Positions 8,350-17,272 of a stretch of DNA of 33,512 bases are shown piece by piece; positions within the stretch are counted from its first letter, which is position 1; every line of letters starts with the position of its first letter. The stretch is from positions 1 to 33,512 of the forward strand of contig JAYVXN010000406.1 of the NCBI GenBank assembly GCA_043785085.1, read 5' to 3'. A program made the position numbers and the translations under genes. Under the pieces are notes generated by a model that saw only the letters and a list, made by a program, of their open reading frames with translations, searched no databases and had not been told where the DNA came from. The DNA comes from Bdellovibrionales bacterium. GTDB taxonomy: Bacteria > Bdellovibrionota > Bdellovibrionia > Bdellovibrionales > JAMPXM01.

Positions 8350-9729
8350 ATGTCGAAGCTGGCCGGTCGCGCGATCGCGGAATCCGCAAAAATTCAGTCA
8401 TTGATAACGGAGCTAGTGAAAGAGGTCACAGGTCTAGAAAATGAAATCATAACCGTGCGGCCACCGCGCAATGAATTGGTCGAGCAAGCGCAAAAAACTT
8501 TCGAAGATACAAGTAAGGCGCGTGGTCGTCCGCTCTTTTATCCCTATGTTGGTTCGGGGTCTGGCCGTGGTGCCTATGTCGAGTTGGAAGATGGCAGCGT
8601 CAAATTGGATCTGATTAATGGTATCGGTGTTCACGTTTTTGGGCACGGTCATCCGCGCATTCGCGAAGCTGCCGTACGTGGAGCTTTGTCAGATGTCGTC
8701 ATTCAGGGAAACCTTGAGCCAAATCTAGAGTATGTGCGGGTCGGCAGGCGCCTGGTTGAGCTGGCGTCGCGAAAAAGTCGGATCAAATATGCGTGGCTCA
8801 CCACGTGCGGAACCATGGCCAATGAAAATGCTTTGAAAATGGCGCGTCAAAAAAATTCACCGGCTCGTTATATCGTATCAATGAAAAACGCTTTTGCTGG
8901 CCGCTCCACGATGATGGCTGAAATTACTGACAACGCGGCCTATCGACAAGGTTTGCCTGAGTATAATGAGGTGTTGCGCATTCCGTTTTATGATTTTAAG
9001 GACCCGCGTAGTACTGAAAATACTTTGACCGCGATGAAAGAGCATGTGGCTCGACATCCGAAAAACATTTCATGTTTGTCTTTTGAACCAATGTTGGGCG
9101 AGGGTGGCTATCGAAATGCGCCGCGCGAATTTTTTATTCCACTCTTGGAATTTTGCAAGCAACAGGGCATCGCGATTTGGGCAGATGAAGTGCAAACCTT
9201 TATGCGCACCGGTGAGCTTTTTGCCTTTGAAGCTCTCGATATCGGTCAGTACATTGACATTGTTTCTATTGCCAAAACACTTCAGGCGGGTTGCACCCTT
9301 TATACTGAAGAATACAACCCAAAGCCCGGCTTGGTCTCGGGTACGTTTTCAGGTGGCTCGTCCGCCTTGGCGGCCGGCATGATGGCATTGGAAATGGTGG
9401 TCAATGAGGGGTATTTAGGGCCGCAGGGTAAAGTGATGAAAATTCACCATGAATTTATCAGCATGCTCAAGCGCCTCAACGAAACCACCTGTCGAGGGCT
9501 TTTACAAGAGGCGGGCGGTATGGGTCTCATGATCGCCGTGACTCCTTTGGATGGTTCAAAAGACAAAGTCACGCAGCTGATGCATACGCTTTTTAAAAAC
9601 GGTTTGATTGCTTTTTCATGTGGCCATGATCCCTATCGCTTGCGCTTTTTGATCCCGATGGTCATGGAATCCAAAGACATCGACCTTGCGAAACAGATCA
9701 TTGAAAAATCAGTTCTCGAACTAGCGTAG
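8350..9729 (+). CDS. Class III PLP aminotransferase (AstC/ArgD-like, divergent)
   Basis: 'FGHGHP', 'ANENALK.AR', 'FAGRS', 'EPMLGEGG', 'DEVQT' and the PLP lysine in 'SIAK'. It is the first gene of the astA/astD operon. Confidence 0.85.
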   Translation: MSKLAGRAIAESAKIQSLITELVKEVTGLENEIITVRPPRNELVEQAQKTFEDTSKARGRPLFYPYVGSGSGRGAYVELEDGSVKLDLINGIGVHVFGHGHPRIREAAVRGALSDVVIQGNLEPNLEYVRVGRRLVELASRKSRIKYAWLTTCGTMANENALKMARQKNSPARYIVSMKNAFAGRSTMMAEITDNAAYRQGLPEYNEVLRIPFYDFKDPRSTENTLTAMKEHVARHPKNISCLSFEPMLGEGGYRNAPREFFIPLLEFCKQQGIAIWADEVQTFMRTGELFAFEALDIGQYIDIVSIAKTLQAGCTLYTEEYNPKPGLVSGTFSGGSSALAAGMMALEMVVNEGYLGPQGKVMKIHHEFISMLKRLNETTCRGLLQEAGGMGLMIAVTPLDGSKDKVTQLMHTLFKNGLIAFSCGHDPYRLRFLIPMVMESKDIDLAKQIIEKSVLELA

Positions 9730-9734
9730 GATTT

Positions 9735-11078
9735 GTGGAATTCATTGAGGCTTGCAGAAAATTTATTGCCATCGAAAGCACCGCGGCCAGTGGCAATCTG
9801 GAGCTTGCGCAATTTGCGGGCGAACTCTGCCGCCAGGCTGGCCTCACGGTTGATCTTCAGTTTGAATCTCTCAATGGCATCGATCAAGCCAACGTCATCG
9901 CCCGGCCAGTCGCCAATCAGGTTGATGGGGAATTGATGCTGCAAACGCATCTCGATACCTATGACCCTGGTCCCTACGGTTTGTGGTTGAAGACCGGTGC
10001 CAATCCCTTTAATGCGAGTATTTATCAAGATACGCTTCATGGTCTCGGCGCGGCCGATGTAAAGCTCGATTTTCTGTGTAAGCTTGAAGCCGTGAAAGCA
10101 TGCAGGGGCCGAAACTGGCGCGTGCCGCCGGTTTTGGTGGGCACCTACGGTGAAGAGCAGGGCATGCCGGGAGCGCTGAAGTTGATTCGCAAGAAAATGA
10201 TTTCAGCAAAGTCTGCTTTGGTCGGTGAGCCGACAGGGCTTAAAATCATGTCGGCCTGTAAAGGAATCGCCGTAGTTGAGATTGAAATTCCGTTCTCAGA
10301 GAGCGAAAAGGAATTTCACCGCCGCCATGATTTGAGCGAAAGTAGTTCGACGCAAAGTAAAATCTTTAGCGGCAAAGCGGCGCACTCCTCAATGCCCCAA
10401 TTTGGTGAAAATGCGATTAAGAAAATGCTCGATTATTTGACGCTTTTGCCGGATGGCCTCGCCGTGATGGAACTTGAGGGCGGAGTGAGTTTTAATACCG
10501 TTCCCGCCAATGCCGTACTTGAAATCGATATGGTGAGTGGCCTCAAAGAGACAATCGGTCAAAAAATCGCAAAGATCATGCGGGTCGTATCCGATGTCGA
10601 AAAACAATTTGCAAATTATACCGATCACGAATTTACACCGCCGCATCCAACTTTAAATATTGGTATGATTCGCACCTATGAGGAATATGTTCGAATCTCT
10701 GGGTGCTGTCGAGTTCCGCCGACAGTTGAAACGGAAACTTACGAAAATTGGATGGGCTTATTGCGCGGTGCCTGTGAGACCGTAGGGGCCATTTTTCGCA
10801 TTACGGATTACAAACAGCCCTATCGCGCCTCAGAAAGCTCTAACTTCATTCAAATTTGCCAGGCGCAGCTCGAAAAACAAGGAGCCTCTTCACAACGCCA
10901 CGCTCTATCGGCGAGCAATGAAGCCAACGTCTTTAATCGATTTGGCATCGAATGCGTAGTGATTGGTCCGGGGCAGGGTGTCGGCAATTCCCATTCACCC
11001 AATGAACATGTCAAAATCAGTGATCTTCAAAGCGCCATCGATTTTTACAAAGGCGTAATTGAAAGAATTTGCCTATGA
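9735..11078 (+). CDS. M20 family metallo-amidohydrolase (ArgE/DapE-like)
   Basis: Metal-ligand motifs HLDT, GLGAADVK, GEEQG, GEPT, GKAAHSS and HSPNE. GTG start. Confidence 0.88.
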   Translation: MEFIEACRKFIAIESTAASGNLELAQFAGELCRQAGLTVDLQFESLNGIDQANVIARPVANQVDGELMLQTHLDTYDPGPYGLWLKTGANPFNASIYQDTLHGLGAADVKLDFLCKLEAVKACRGRNWRVPPVLVGTYGEEQGMPGALKLIRKKMISAKSALVGEPTGLKIMSACKGIAVVEIEIPFSESEKEFHRRHDLSESSSTQSKIFSGKAAHSSMPQFGENAIKKMLDYLTLLPDGLAVMELEGGVSFNTVPANAVLEIDMVSGLKETIGQKIAKIMRVVSDVEKQFANYTDHEFTPPHPTLNIGMIRTYEEYVRISGCCRVPPTVETETYENWMGLLRGACETVGAIFRITDYKQPYRASESSNFIQICQAQLEKQGASSQRHALSASNEANVFNRFGIECVVIGPGQGVGNSHSPNEHVKISDLQSAIDFYKGVIERICL

Positions 11079-12094
11079 GTTTTGTGCTTCGAAATGTTCA
11101 GCATCGTGATCTCAGGGGCCTCGGCGATTTGGCTTCGCAATTTTCGTTGCTGAACCTGCCCAACGATAAAAAAGTCTTAAGTGAAAAGATCGAGCGAAGT
11201 GTCGCCTCCTTTGCTGGCGAATTGCCAAAAGAACAAGCTGAATATCTTTTTGTCTTAGAAGATATTGAGGCGGAGATGGTCATTGGCAGCTCCCTGATTC
11301 TCGCCAAACACGGTAATGAAGAAGTGCCGCACTATTATTTTAAAATTGTGAAAAAAAATCGCTTCAGTGAAGACCTCGGTATTGGTTTTATTCATCAGGT
11401 CTTGCAGTTCAGAGAAGACACCGATGGTCCGACTGAAATCGGCGGCTTATTGATCGATCGCAATTATCGCCGCCGCCCTGAAAAGCTCGGTAAGCAAATC
11501 AGTCTGATTCGCTTTATCTATATGGGAATTTGTCCGAAGGATTTTGAAAAGCGCATTCTCTGCGAACTCACACCACCGCTCGGTGAGGGAGGGCGCAGTG
11601 AATTCTGGGAAGCCCTCGGCCGTCGATTTACGGGTCTTCCCTATCAAGAGGCGGATCTCATCAGTCAGCGAAATAAAGAATTCATCAGCAGTCTGTTTCC
11701 GGAAGAAGACATCTACACCGCCTTACTTGATTCGCGCGCGCGTCTGGTGCTCGGCCGAGTCGGCCAAGAAACTCGGCCCGCGCAACATCTTCTGGAATCA
11801 ATCGGTTTTAGTTATCTTCATGAAGTTGATCCATTTGATGGCGGTCCTCACTATGGGGCGCAGTTAAATGATATCACGCTGGTGAAAAACGGACGCTGGG
11901 TCACCCTGGCACAAGCAGAAAAGGCCGGATTCAGTAGCACGACACAGTCCTTGATTGGCGTTAAGCGCGATGGTGAATTTCGTGGAACCTTGAGTGCCTT
12001 TGATGTTCGAGATGAACAGATAGTTTTGCCGCAGGTCGCGTTGAGAACACTTGAAGCTGAGCCGGGTGAAAAGGTATTTTTCTCTCAATTATAG
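11075..12094 (+). CDS. astA: Arginine (or ornithine) N-succinyltransferase
   Basis: 'LLNLP.D...L..KI..S..SF', 'YLFVLED', 'TEIGGL', 'SEFWEALGRRFTG' and 'VDPFDGGP'. ATG at 11075 overlaps the upstream TGA (ATGA). Confidence 0.9.
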   Translation: MSFVLRNVQHRDLRGLGDLASQFSLLNLPNDKKVLSEKIERSVASFAGELPKEQAEYLFVLEDIEAEMVIGSSLILAKHGNEEVPHYYFKIVKKNRFSEDLGIGFIHQVLQFREDTDGPTEIGGLLIDRNYRRRPEKLGKQISLIRFIYMGICPKDFEKRILCELTPPLGEGGRSEFWEALGRRFTGLPYQEADLISQRNKEFISSLFPEEDIYTALLDSRARLVLGRVGQETRPAQHLLESIGFSYLHEVDPFDGGPHYGAQLNDITLVKNGRWVTLAQAEKAGFSSTTQSLIGVKRDGEFRGTLSAFDVRDEQIVLPQVALRTLEAEPGEKVFFSQL

Positions 12095-12130
12095 GTAGAT
12101 GGCTCGACTGAGCCGAAGGAGAATGGTCAA

Positions 12131-13648
12131 ATGAGCGAACTTCGCACGATTTCCTTTCAGGGCGATTACATTGATGGGCGCTTTATGAAGACTGAGCGTC
12201 CTGACGGAGAGTTCGACAACATCAGCCCCGCCGATCTTAAAGATAAGATCATGACCTTGACGTATTCTTACGATCATATTCACCGTGCAACTTTGGCGGC
12301 GCGCACGGCGTTTCCGAAATGGGCGAAGCTCAGCTTCGATCAACGCGCTGGCTACCTACGCCGCTTAAAGGAAGTCTACGCTGCGCATGCAGATGAAATG
12401 GCCGAAATGATCGCTCGCGAAACCGGCAAGCCCTTATGGGAATCAAACACCGAAGTTAAGTCGATGATGGGTAAAATCGATATCACGCTTGATTTCTCCA
12501 TGAAGTTGGTCGCGGATGAGAAAATTCCGAACGCCTTACCGCAAGTCGATGGCTATGTTCGACATCGCCCGCGCGGTGTGATGGCGGTTCTTGGACCCTT
12601 TAATTTTCCAGGACACTTACCAAACGGCCATATTGTTCCAGCACTGGCAACCGGTAACACCATTGTTTTTAAGCCTTCTGAGATGACCCCTGGAATTGCA
12701 CAGTTAATGGCGCAGCTTTTTGATAAAGCTGAATTTCCAAAAGGCGTCTTCAACGTCATTCATGGTGAGGTCGAAACTGGCAAACGCTTAGTCACAGATG
12801 ATTTGGTCGACGGTATTCTTTTTACGGGCTCTTACGAAACTGGGCAAAAGATCAAAGCGGCGACCCTGGATCACTACTGGAAAATCCTGGCTCTTGAAAT
12901 GGGCGGCAAAAACGCTTCTATCGTTTGGGATGATGCGGATTTAAATAAAGCGATTTACGAGTCACTGATTGGCTCGTTCGTCACCGCGGGCCAACGATGT
13001 TCATGCACCAGTCGGATTATTTTGCACGAAAGCATTGCCGATCAGTTTATTGAGAAGTTTTACGAAACGGCAAAAAAATTGACCGTCGGCTACTGGAAAG
13101 AAAACCCCTTCATGGGCCCCTTGATCAACGCTGCGGCCGTGGAAAAATATTTGCGTTTTCAAGAGATCGCGCAGCGTGAGGATGCCGAGCGCCTGATGCG
13201 CGGAAAAGTCTTAGACGTTGGTCGAGATGGCTACTATGTGACTCCGAGTATTTGCCTGGTGGATAAGTTTTCTGAAACCAGTGTTTATCAAAAATCAGAA
13301 ATATTTGGGCCAAACGTAGCGATTTACCGAACCAAAAGTTTTGATGAGGCAATGAAAATTAATGATTCGACCGGATTTGGATTGGTCACCTCTGTCTTCT
13401 CCAAGAATCGCGAACTTTTTGAACAAGCCGTTTACACGGCGCGGGTTGGATTGGTAAACTGGAACCGAACAACAAATGGAGCGAGCTCGCGCTTACCTTT
13501 TGGTGGCATCGGAAAGTCTGGCAACGATCGTCCAACAGCGCACTATGCGGTTCAATACTGCACAGTACCTGTGGCAAGCCTTGAGGACTCCACGCCGTTT
13601 GACCCGAAGTCGATACTACCCGGGGTGAATTTCGAGCCTCTTAAATAA
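12131..13648 (+). CDS. astD: Succinylglutamate-semialdehyde dehydrogenase
   Basis: ALDH fold with AstD signatures 'RHRPRGVMAVLGPFNFPGHLPNGHIVPAL', 'LALEMGGKN', 'AGQRC' and 'GASSRLPFGGIGKSGN.RP'. Confidence 0.9.
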   Translation: MSELRTISFQGDYIDGRFMKTERPDGEFDNISPADLKDKIMTLTYSYDHIHRATLAARTAFPKWAKLSFDQRAGYLRRLKEVYAAHADEMAEMIARETGKPLWESNTEVKSMMGKIDITLDFSMKLVADEKIPNALPQVDGYVRHRPRGVMAVLGPFNFPGHLPNGHIVPALATGNTIVFKPSEMTPGIAQLMAQLFDKAEFPKGVFNVIHGEVETGKRLVTDDLVDGILFTGSYETGQKIKAATLDHYWKILALEMGGKNASIVWDDADLNKAIYESLIGSFVTAGQRCSCTSRIILHESIADQFIEKFYETAKKLTVGYWKENPFMGPLINAAAVEKYLRFQEIAQREDAERLMRGKVLDVGRDGYYVTPSICLVDKFSETSVYQKSEIFGPNVAIYRTKSFDEAMKINDSTGFGLVTSVFSKNRELFEQAVYTARVGLVNWNRTTNGASSRLPFGGIGKSGNDRPTAHYAVQYCTVPVASLEDSTPFDPKSILPGVNFEPLK

Positions 13649-14754
13649 TGAAGAAGGCCCTAGGCATTATATTTATCGTGATTTGTGTACTGGTCGTTGT
13701 GATCGGTACACAAACCTATTTGTTTTTAGAGCACCGACCCTCTGAATCCGATGACATCGTGGTCTTTGACGTGGAGCCCGGCCACAGTTTCAAGCGAATC
13801 GCTCACAATTTAAAAGAAAATGGTCTCATCACAAGTGAAACCAAATTTGCCCTCTTGGCACGATTGACCGGGCAAACTGGAAAAGTCCGAGTCGGGGAGT
13901 ATGCAATTCGCCGCAATATGCTGCCGCGAGAAATCCTCGGAATTCTGACGTCCGGTAAAAGCATTGAGTATGTGATTACGGTTCCTGAGGGTTATAACAA
14001 GTTTGAAATTGCCGATATTGCGAAAAAGCAGGGCCTCAACCGTGAAGAGTTTCTCAAATACTGCGACAATCCCGAGCTGGCAAAAGAAGTACTGGGCGAG
14101 AAGCTCGAAAGCCTTGAGGGCTACTTGTTTCCTGAAACTTACTACATCACCAAGTTCACTGGCTCTAAGGGTCTTGTACGCATGATGGTCGAGAGATTCA
14201 TTGAGAACTTCAAGAAAGTGCACCTAAATCCTGCCATTCACATGAATCGCCATGAGCTGGTGATTTTAGCGAGCATCATTGAAAAAGAAACCGGCGCCTC
14301 CGCAGAACGCAACCTGGTCTCTTCAGTTTTTCATAACCGTCTGCATCTGAATATGAAGCTGCAAACCGATCCGACGGTCATTTACGGTCTATGGCTACAA
14401 ACAGGAAAGCCGGTTTTGAATATTCGCAAAATCGATCTGCAGACCCCCAATAGATACAATACCTACACCATTCCAGGATTACCGGCGGGTCCCATTTCGA
14501 ATCCCGGCTTAGCCTCACTCGAAGCGGCCGCAAATCCAGCGCAGAGTGAATATCTTTATTTTGTCAGTCGCAATGATGGCACCACGGTCTTTTCTAAGGA
14601 TTACGGTCAACACAGCAAAGCGGTAAATAAATTCCAAGTCGATCCGAAGGGCCGCGCTGGTAAATCTTGGCATGACCTAAATAAGAAAAAACCGACTGCG
14701 GACGTGCACACGGTGCCAGCTAAAGCCCCCTCTAAAAAAGCCTCTAAAAATTAA
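13648..14754 (+). CDS. mltG: Endolytic transglycosylase MltG
   Basis: N-terminal TM, 'TVPEG', 'LEGYLFPETY', 'ASIIEKET', 'VFHNRL', 'LQTDPT', 'YNTY...GLP.GPISNPG' and 'YLYFV'. Confidence 0.95.
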   Translation: MKKALGIIFIVICVLVVVIGTQTYLFLEHRPSESDDIVVFDVEPGHSFKRIAHNLKENGLITSETKFALLARLTGQTGKVRVGEYAIRRNMLPREILGILTSGKSIEYVITVPEGYNKFEIADIAKKQGLNREEFLKYCDNPELAKEVLGEKLESLEGYLFPETYYITKFTGSKGLVRMMVERFIENFKKVHLNPAIHMNRHELVILASIIEKETGASAERNLVSSVFHNRLHLNMKLQTDPTVIYGLWLQTGKPVLNIRKIDLQTPNRYNTYTIPGLPAGPISNPGLASLEAAANPAQSEYLYFVSRNDGTTVFSKDYGQHSKAVNKFQVDPKGRAGKSWHDLNKKKPTADVHTVPAKAPSKKASKN

Positions 14755-15589
14755 TATCATCTTCGGTGTGATAATTAATCGGCTGTAAAGAAGCGTTTGT
14801 GGCCTCTTCACGGAGTTTTTTCGCGGCTGCCGAAATCCAACGGACGTAGCTCACAACACTCGTGTGCACTGAGGCGCGATCACAACTTTTGTTTAAAACA
14901 GAACTTGCAACTCCCCATTGGACCCAGTGATCATCTATTAGAGAGAATGCGGGTCCTCCCGAATCGCCAAAACACACGCTGCTCTCACGGCCATCGGTCA
15001 GTAATTCAGTCGGCGAGACTTGCTCAAGTACAGTGGTCGTTGTCATACGCAAAACGCCTGAGCCAAGATGAGCAGTGCCCTCTGTCACGCCATAGCCCAA
15101 CATTGTGACTTCCGTTCCTGGGCTCAATTCAAGATTTTTACCCGCAAGCTCAACTGGCTGATATCCTTCTGGCAGCCCGCCCTTAAAATGCACAAGCGCC
15201 AAATCTCCGCGACCGCGAGCCGTAGATTTAAGCCAGCGTGGATTCTGCGTAAAACCCGTGACGTCACGGGTTTCAGATGCGGTGTCGGGATAAAGGTTAA
15301 GCCCAAAGACGACGGTGAGTTGCTGCGGATCATGATCAACGCAATGAGCGGCAGTTAAAATCGTATCTTCACTGACAATAGATCCCGTGCAGAGCGCTTG
15401 ACCGGACTCGGTTTGAGCAATCAACGCCGCCACGGATTGACCCGCCACATCCGATTTTAAAACTGCACGACCATTGACGATAGCACTATTGGGATTTCGT
15501 TTGGTTGACGCCGTGTTCGCTGCGCATCCCAAAGTTGCAAGGACAAAAAAACCTATTGTGATTTTTAAAACTGGCTGATTCTTCGTCAA
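14744..15589 (-). CDS. Trypsin-like (S1) serine protease, probable lipoprotein
   Basis: Catalytic triad motifs TAAHC, DLAL and GDSGGP; 'IVNG' mature N-terminus; lipobox TLG-C; TTG start after GAGGAG. Confidence 0.92.
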   Translation of the reverse strand: MTKNQPVLKITIGFFVLATLGCAANTASTKRNPNSAIVNGRAVLKSDVAGQSVAALIAQTESGQALCTGSIVSEDTILTAAHCVDHDPQQLTVVFGLNLYPDTASETRDVTGFTQNPRWLKSTARGRGDLALVHFKGGLPEGYQPVELAGKNLELSPGTEVTMLGYGVTEGTAHLGSGVLRMTTTTVLEQVSPTELLTDGRESSVCFGDSGGPAFSLIDDHWVQWGVASSVLNKSCDRASVHTSVVSYVRWISAAAKKLREEATNASLQPINYHTEDDINF

Positions 15590-15893
15590 AATTTTTCTCC
15601 TCAGTAAAAGGTTTACGCGAGCGCAAATTGCAAAATGGATGGCAGCGCGAAAGGACGCTATTCCCGCGATGACCTTCAGGGGCTCACGTAATTCGGACGA
15701 GGAGATTGTTTGCTTTCACTGACGATTCAGTGCAGTTTCAGTGCAGTTTCGGTGGCAAAGAGGCACCCTAAAACTGGGAACCGGTGTTTCTCTTTAATAA
15801 AATGTTTTCCGGAGTGCCTACAGGTCAGCCGATGACTCCGGCGCCGAACGGAATGTGCGCTTTCGGCTCGTCAGAGTCGCACCCTAAAAAATT

Positions 15894-16403
15894 CTACCGC
15901 AAGATTTTATCAAAGCTACGCGAGCCCTCATTGTACTTATAGATATTCAAATGCCCGACCATATCCTTATCAAAGTTCGGCACAAGAATCTCGGGGCGGT
16001 TATCTCCGTCAATATCATCAATCGCCAAATTGGTGGCATCGCCGTTAAAGCTAAAGTAAGCATCACGCGCATCAGGAATCTGAATCCTCTCTACTAAAGG
16101 TGTTTGACCAGAAACTTCAGGGCCATAAACTTCAATTATCAAACTTGAGCGAGTTTTAATTTTGACGACGGTGAACTGTTTGTCGTCGCCTAAGAGATTG
16201 CCCTTGGCGGTAGAGGCGATGCTCCGATAATCGGGGAGTAGAGAAGATCGCATATTGGTGCGAACGGTCGGGTGGATCGCGGCGACCATCATCAGGACAA
16301 AGGCAGCAAAAAGACCGAAGTGCAGAGCAGAGCGACCAAGCCCCAGTGCGGAGCGACCAATCCCCAAAGCAGAGCGACCATAGTGGAGTAGAGCAAAATT
16401 CAT
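15894..16403 (-). CDS. Membrane-anchored hypothetical protein with an FG-GAP-like Ca-binding loop
   Basis: ATG at 16403 follows GGGGG. One TM helix and a 'DIDGDNRPEIL' DxDxDG-like loop. Confidence 0.65.
   Translation of the reverse strand: MNFALLHYGRSALGIGRSALGLGRSALHFGLFAAFVLMMVAAIHPTVRTNMRSSLLPDYRSIASTAKGNLLGDDKQFTVVKIKTRSSLIIEVYGPEVSGQTPLVERIQIPDARDAYFSFNGDATNLAIDDIDGDNRPEILVPNFDKDMVGHLNIYKYNEGSRSFDKILR
16327..16389. repeat. Imperfect 21-bp tandem repeat (3 copies), in frame
   Basis: gcagagcgaccaagccccagt / gcggagcgaccaatccccaaa / gcagagcgaccatagtggagt, encoding GRSAL three times on the minus strand. Confidence 0.85.
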
Positions 16404-16426
16404 AAGACCCCCGATAAACTCTAGAT

Positions 16427-16443
16427 ATTCAATTCCGGTGCCA
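16427..16443 (-). promoter_or_regulatory. Possible sigma54 (-24/-12) promoter
   Basis: Minus strand TGGCAC-CGGAA-TTGAAT has correct spacing but GA instead of GC at -12. It lies about 24 nt upstream of ATG 16403. Confidence 0.4.
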
Positions 16444-16590
16444 GGAGGGCAGTGCAATCTAGAAGTGAACCGCATTCTGGTGCAGATGATGTGTCTGGAG
16501 CTTTGACAGATGTTACCTGAGGCGGTCTCAATCTTCGATTGTCGCCTTAAGCCCCAGTAAGTTCAGTGTATTCCACGTCTGTCTAAGACC

Positions 16591-16619
16591 TTGACTAGTG
16601 TCAGCGCCACATAGAAAAT
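16591..16619 (+). promoter_or_regulatory. Possible sigma70 promoter for the nitroreductase
   Basis: TTGACT-17 nt-GAAAAT, upstream of SD AAGGAGG and ATG 16652. Confidence 0.35.
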
Positions 16620-16651
16620 TTGTCTCATTTCGAAACAGCTGAAGGAGGCCT

Positions 16652-17272
16652 ATGCAAGACTTCACAAACCCAGATTTTAAAGAGAAGTTTTATCAGCTCC
16701 TTGAGGCCCGTAAATCAATTCGCAAGTATAAGCCTGATGCGATTCCCCAAGAAGTTATTGAACGAGTGTTGCTTGCGGGCATGCAGGCGCCGTCAGGTAA
16801 GAATCGGCAGAATTGGCGCTTTTATGTTTTGCAGGGGCAAAAGCGTAATGACTATCTAGCGCTTTCGCAAAAGTCATGGCTTGGCATCAAAGACATTCTC
16901 GAAAAGAGACTCAAACCCTCGCTCTATCAATTCACAGAGCGGTTTTTCTTTACGCTCGGGGAAGCACCAGTGGTGATCCTTTGTTATTCATACAACGATT
17001 CGGAAGAGCGATATCACACAAGCATAGGCAGTGTGTATATGGCTGTGGAGAATATGAATCTCGCGGCACTGGCTGAGGGCCTTGGGGGTTGCACGATGGG
17101 CGCTCCGCTTGAAATTAAAAACGAGGTAGATGCTTTTTTGGGAGTGGATCAGCTTCCGGAATATCAGGCCGGGCATCTTGAGCTTTTGTGTGGATTAGTA
17201 ATGGGATATCCTGATCACGAACCACCCAAGGCATCTCGGCAAACAGAGAATCGCGTGCACTGGTTTACTTAA
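16652..17272 (+). CDS. Nitroreductase family flavoprotein
   Basis: 'RKSIRKY', 'APSGKNRQNWRF', 'AVENMNLAALAEGLGGC' and 'MGYP'. Strong SD. Confidence 0.92.
   Translation: MQDFTNPDFKEKFYQLLEARKSIRKYKPDAIPQEVIERVLLAGMQAPSGKNRQNWRFYVLQGQKRNDYLALSQKSWLGIKDILEKRLKPSLYQFTERFFFTLGEAPVVILCYSYNDSEERYHTSIGSVYMAVENMNLAALAEGLGGCTMGAPLEIKNEVDAFLGVDQLPEYQAGHLELLCGLVMGYPDHEPPKASRQTENRVHWFT

Noticed and set aside
15729-15752. CAGTGCAGTTT direct duplication
   Set aside because: Only two 11-bp copies, consistent with a simple slippage event.
15834-15878. Imperfect hairpin (GACTC/GAGTC, GCCGAA/TTCGGC) after the 15894 stop
   Set aside because: The stem is interrupted and has no U-tract, so it cannot be called a terminator or ncRNA.
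16327-16389. Repeats as a mini-CRISPR
   Set aside because: The period is only 21 bp with no spacers, the repeat is in frame within a CDS, and no cas genes are present.
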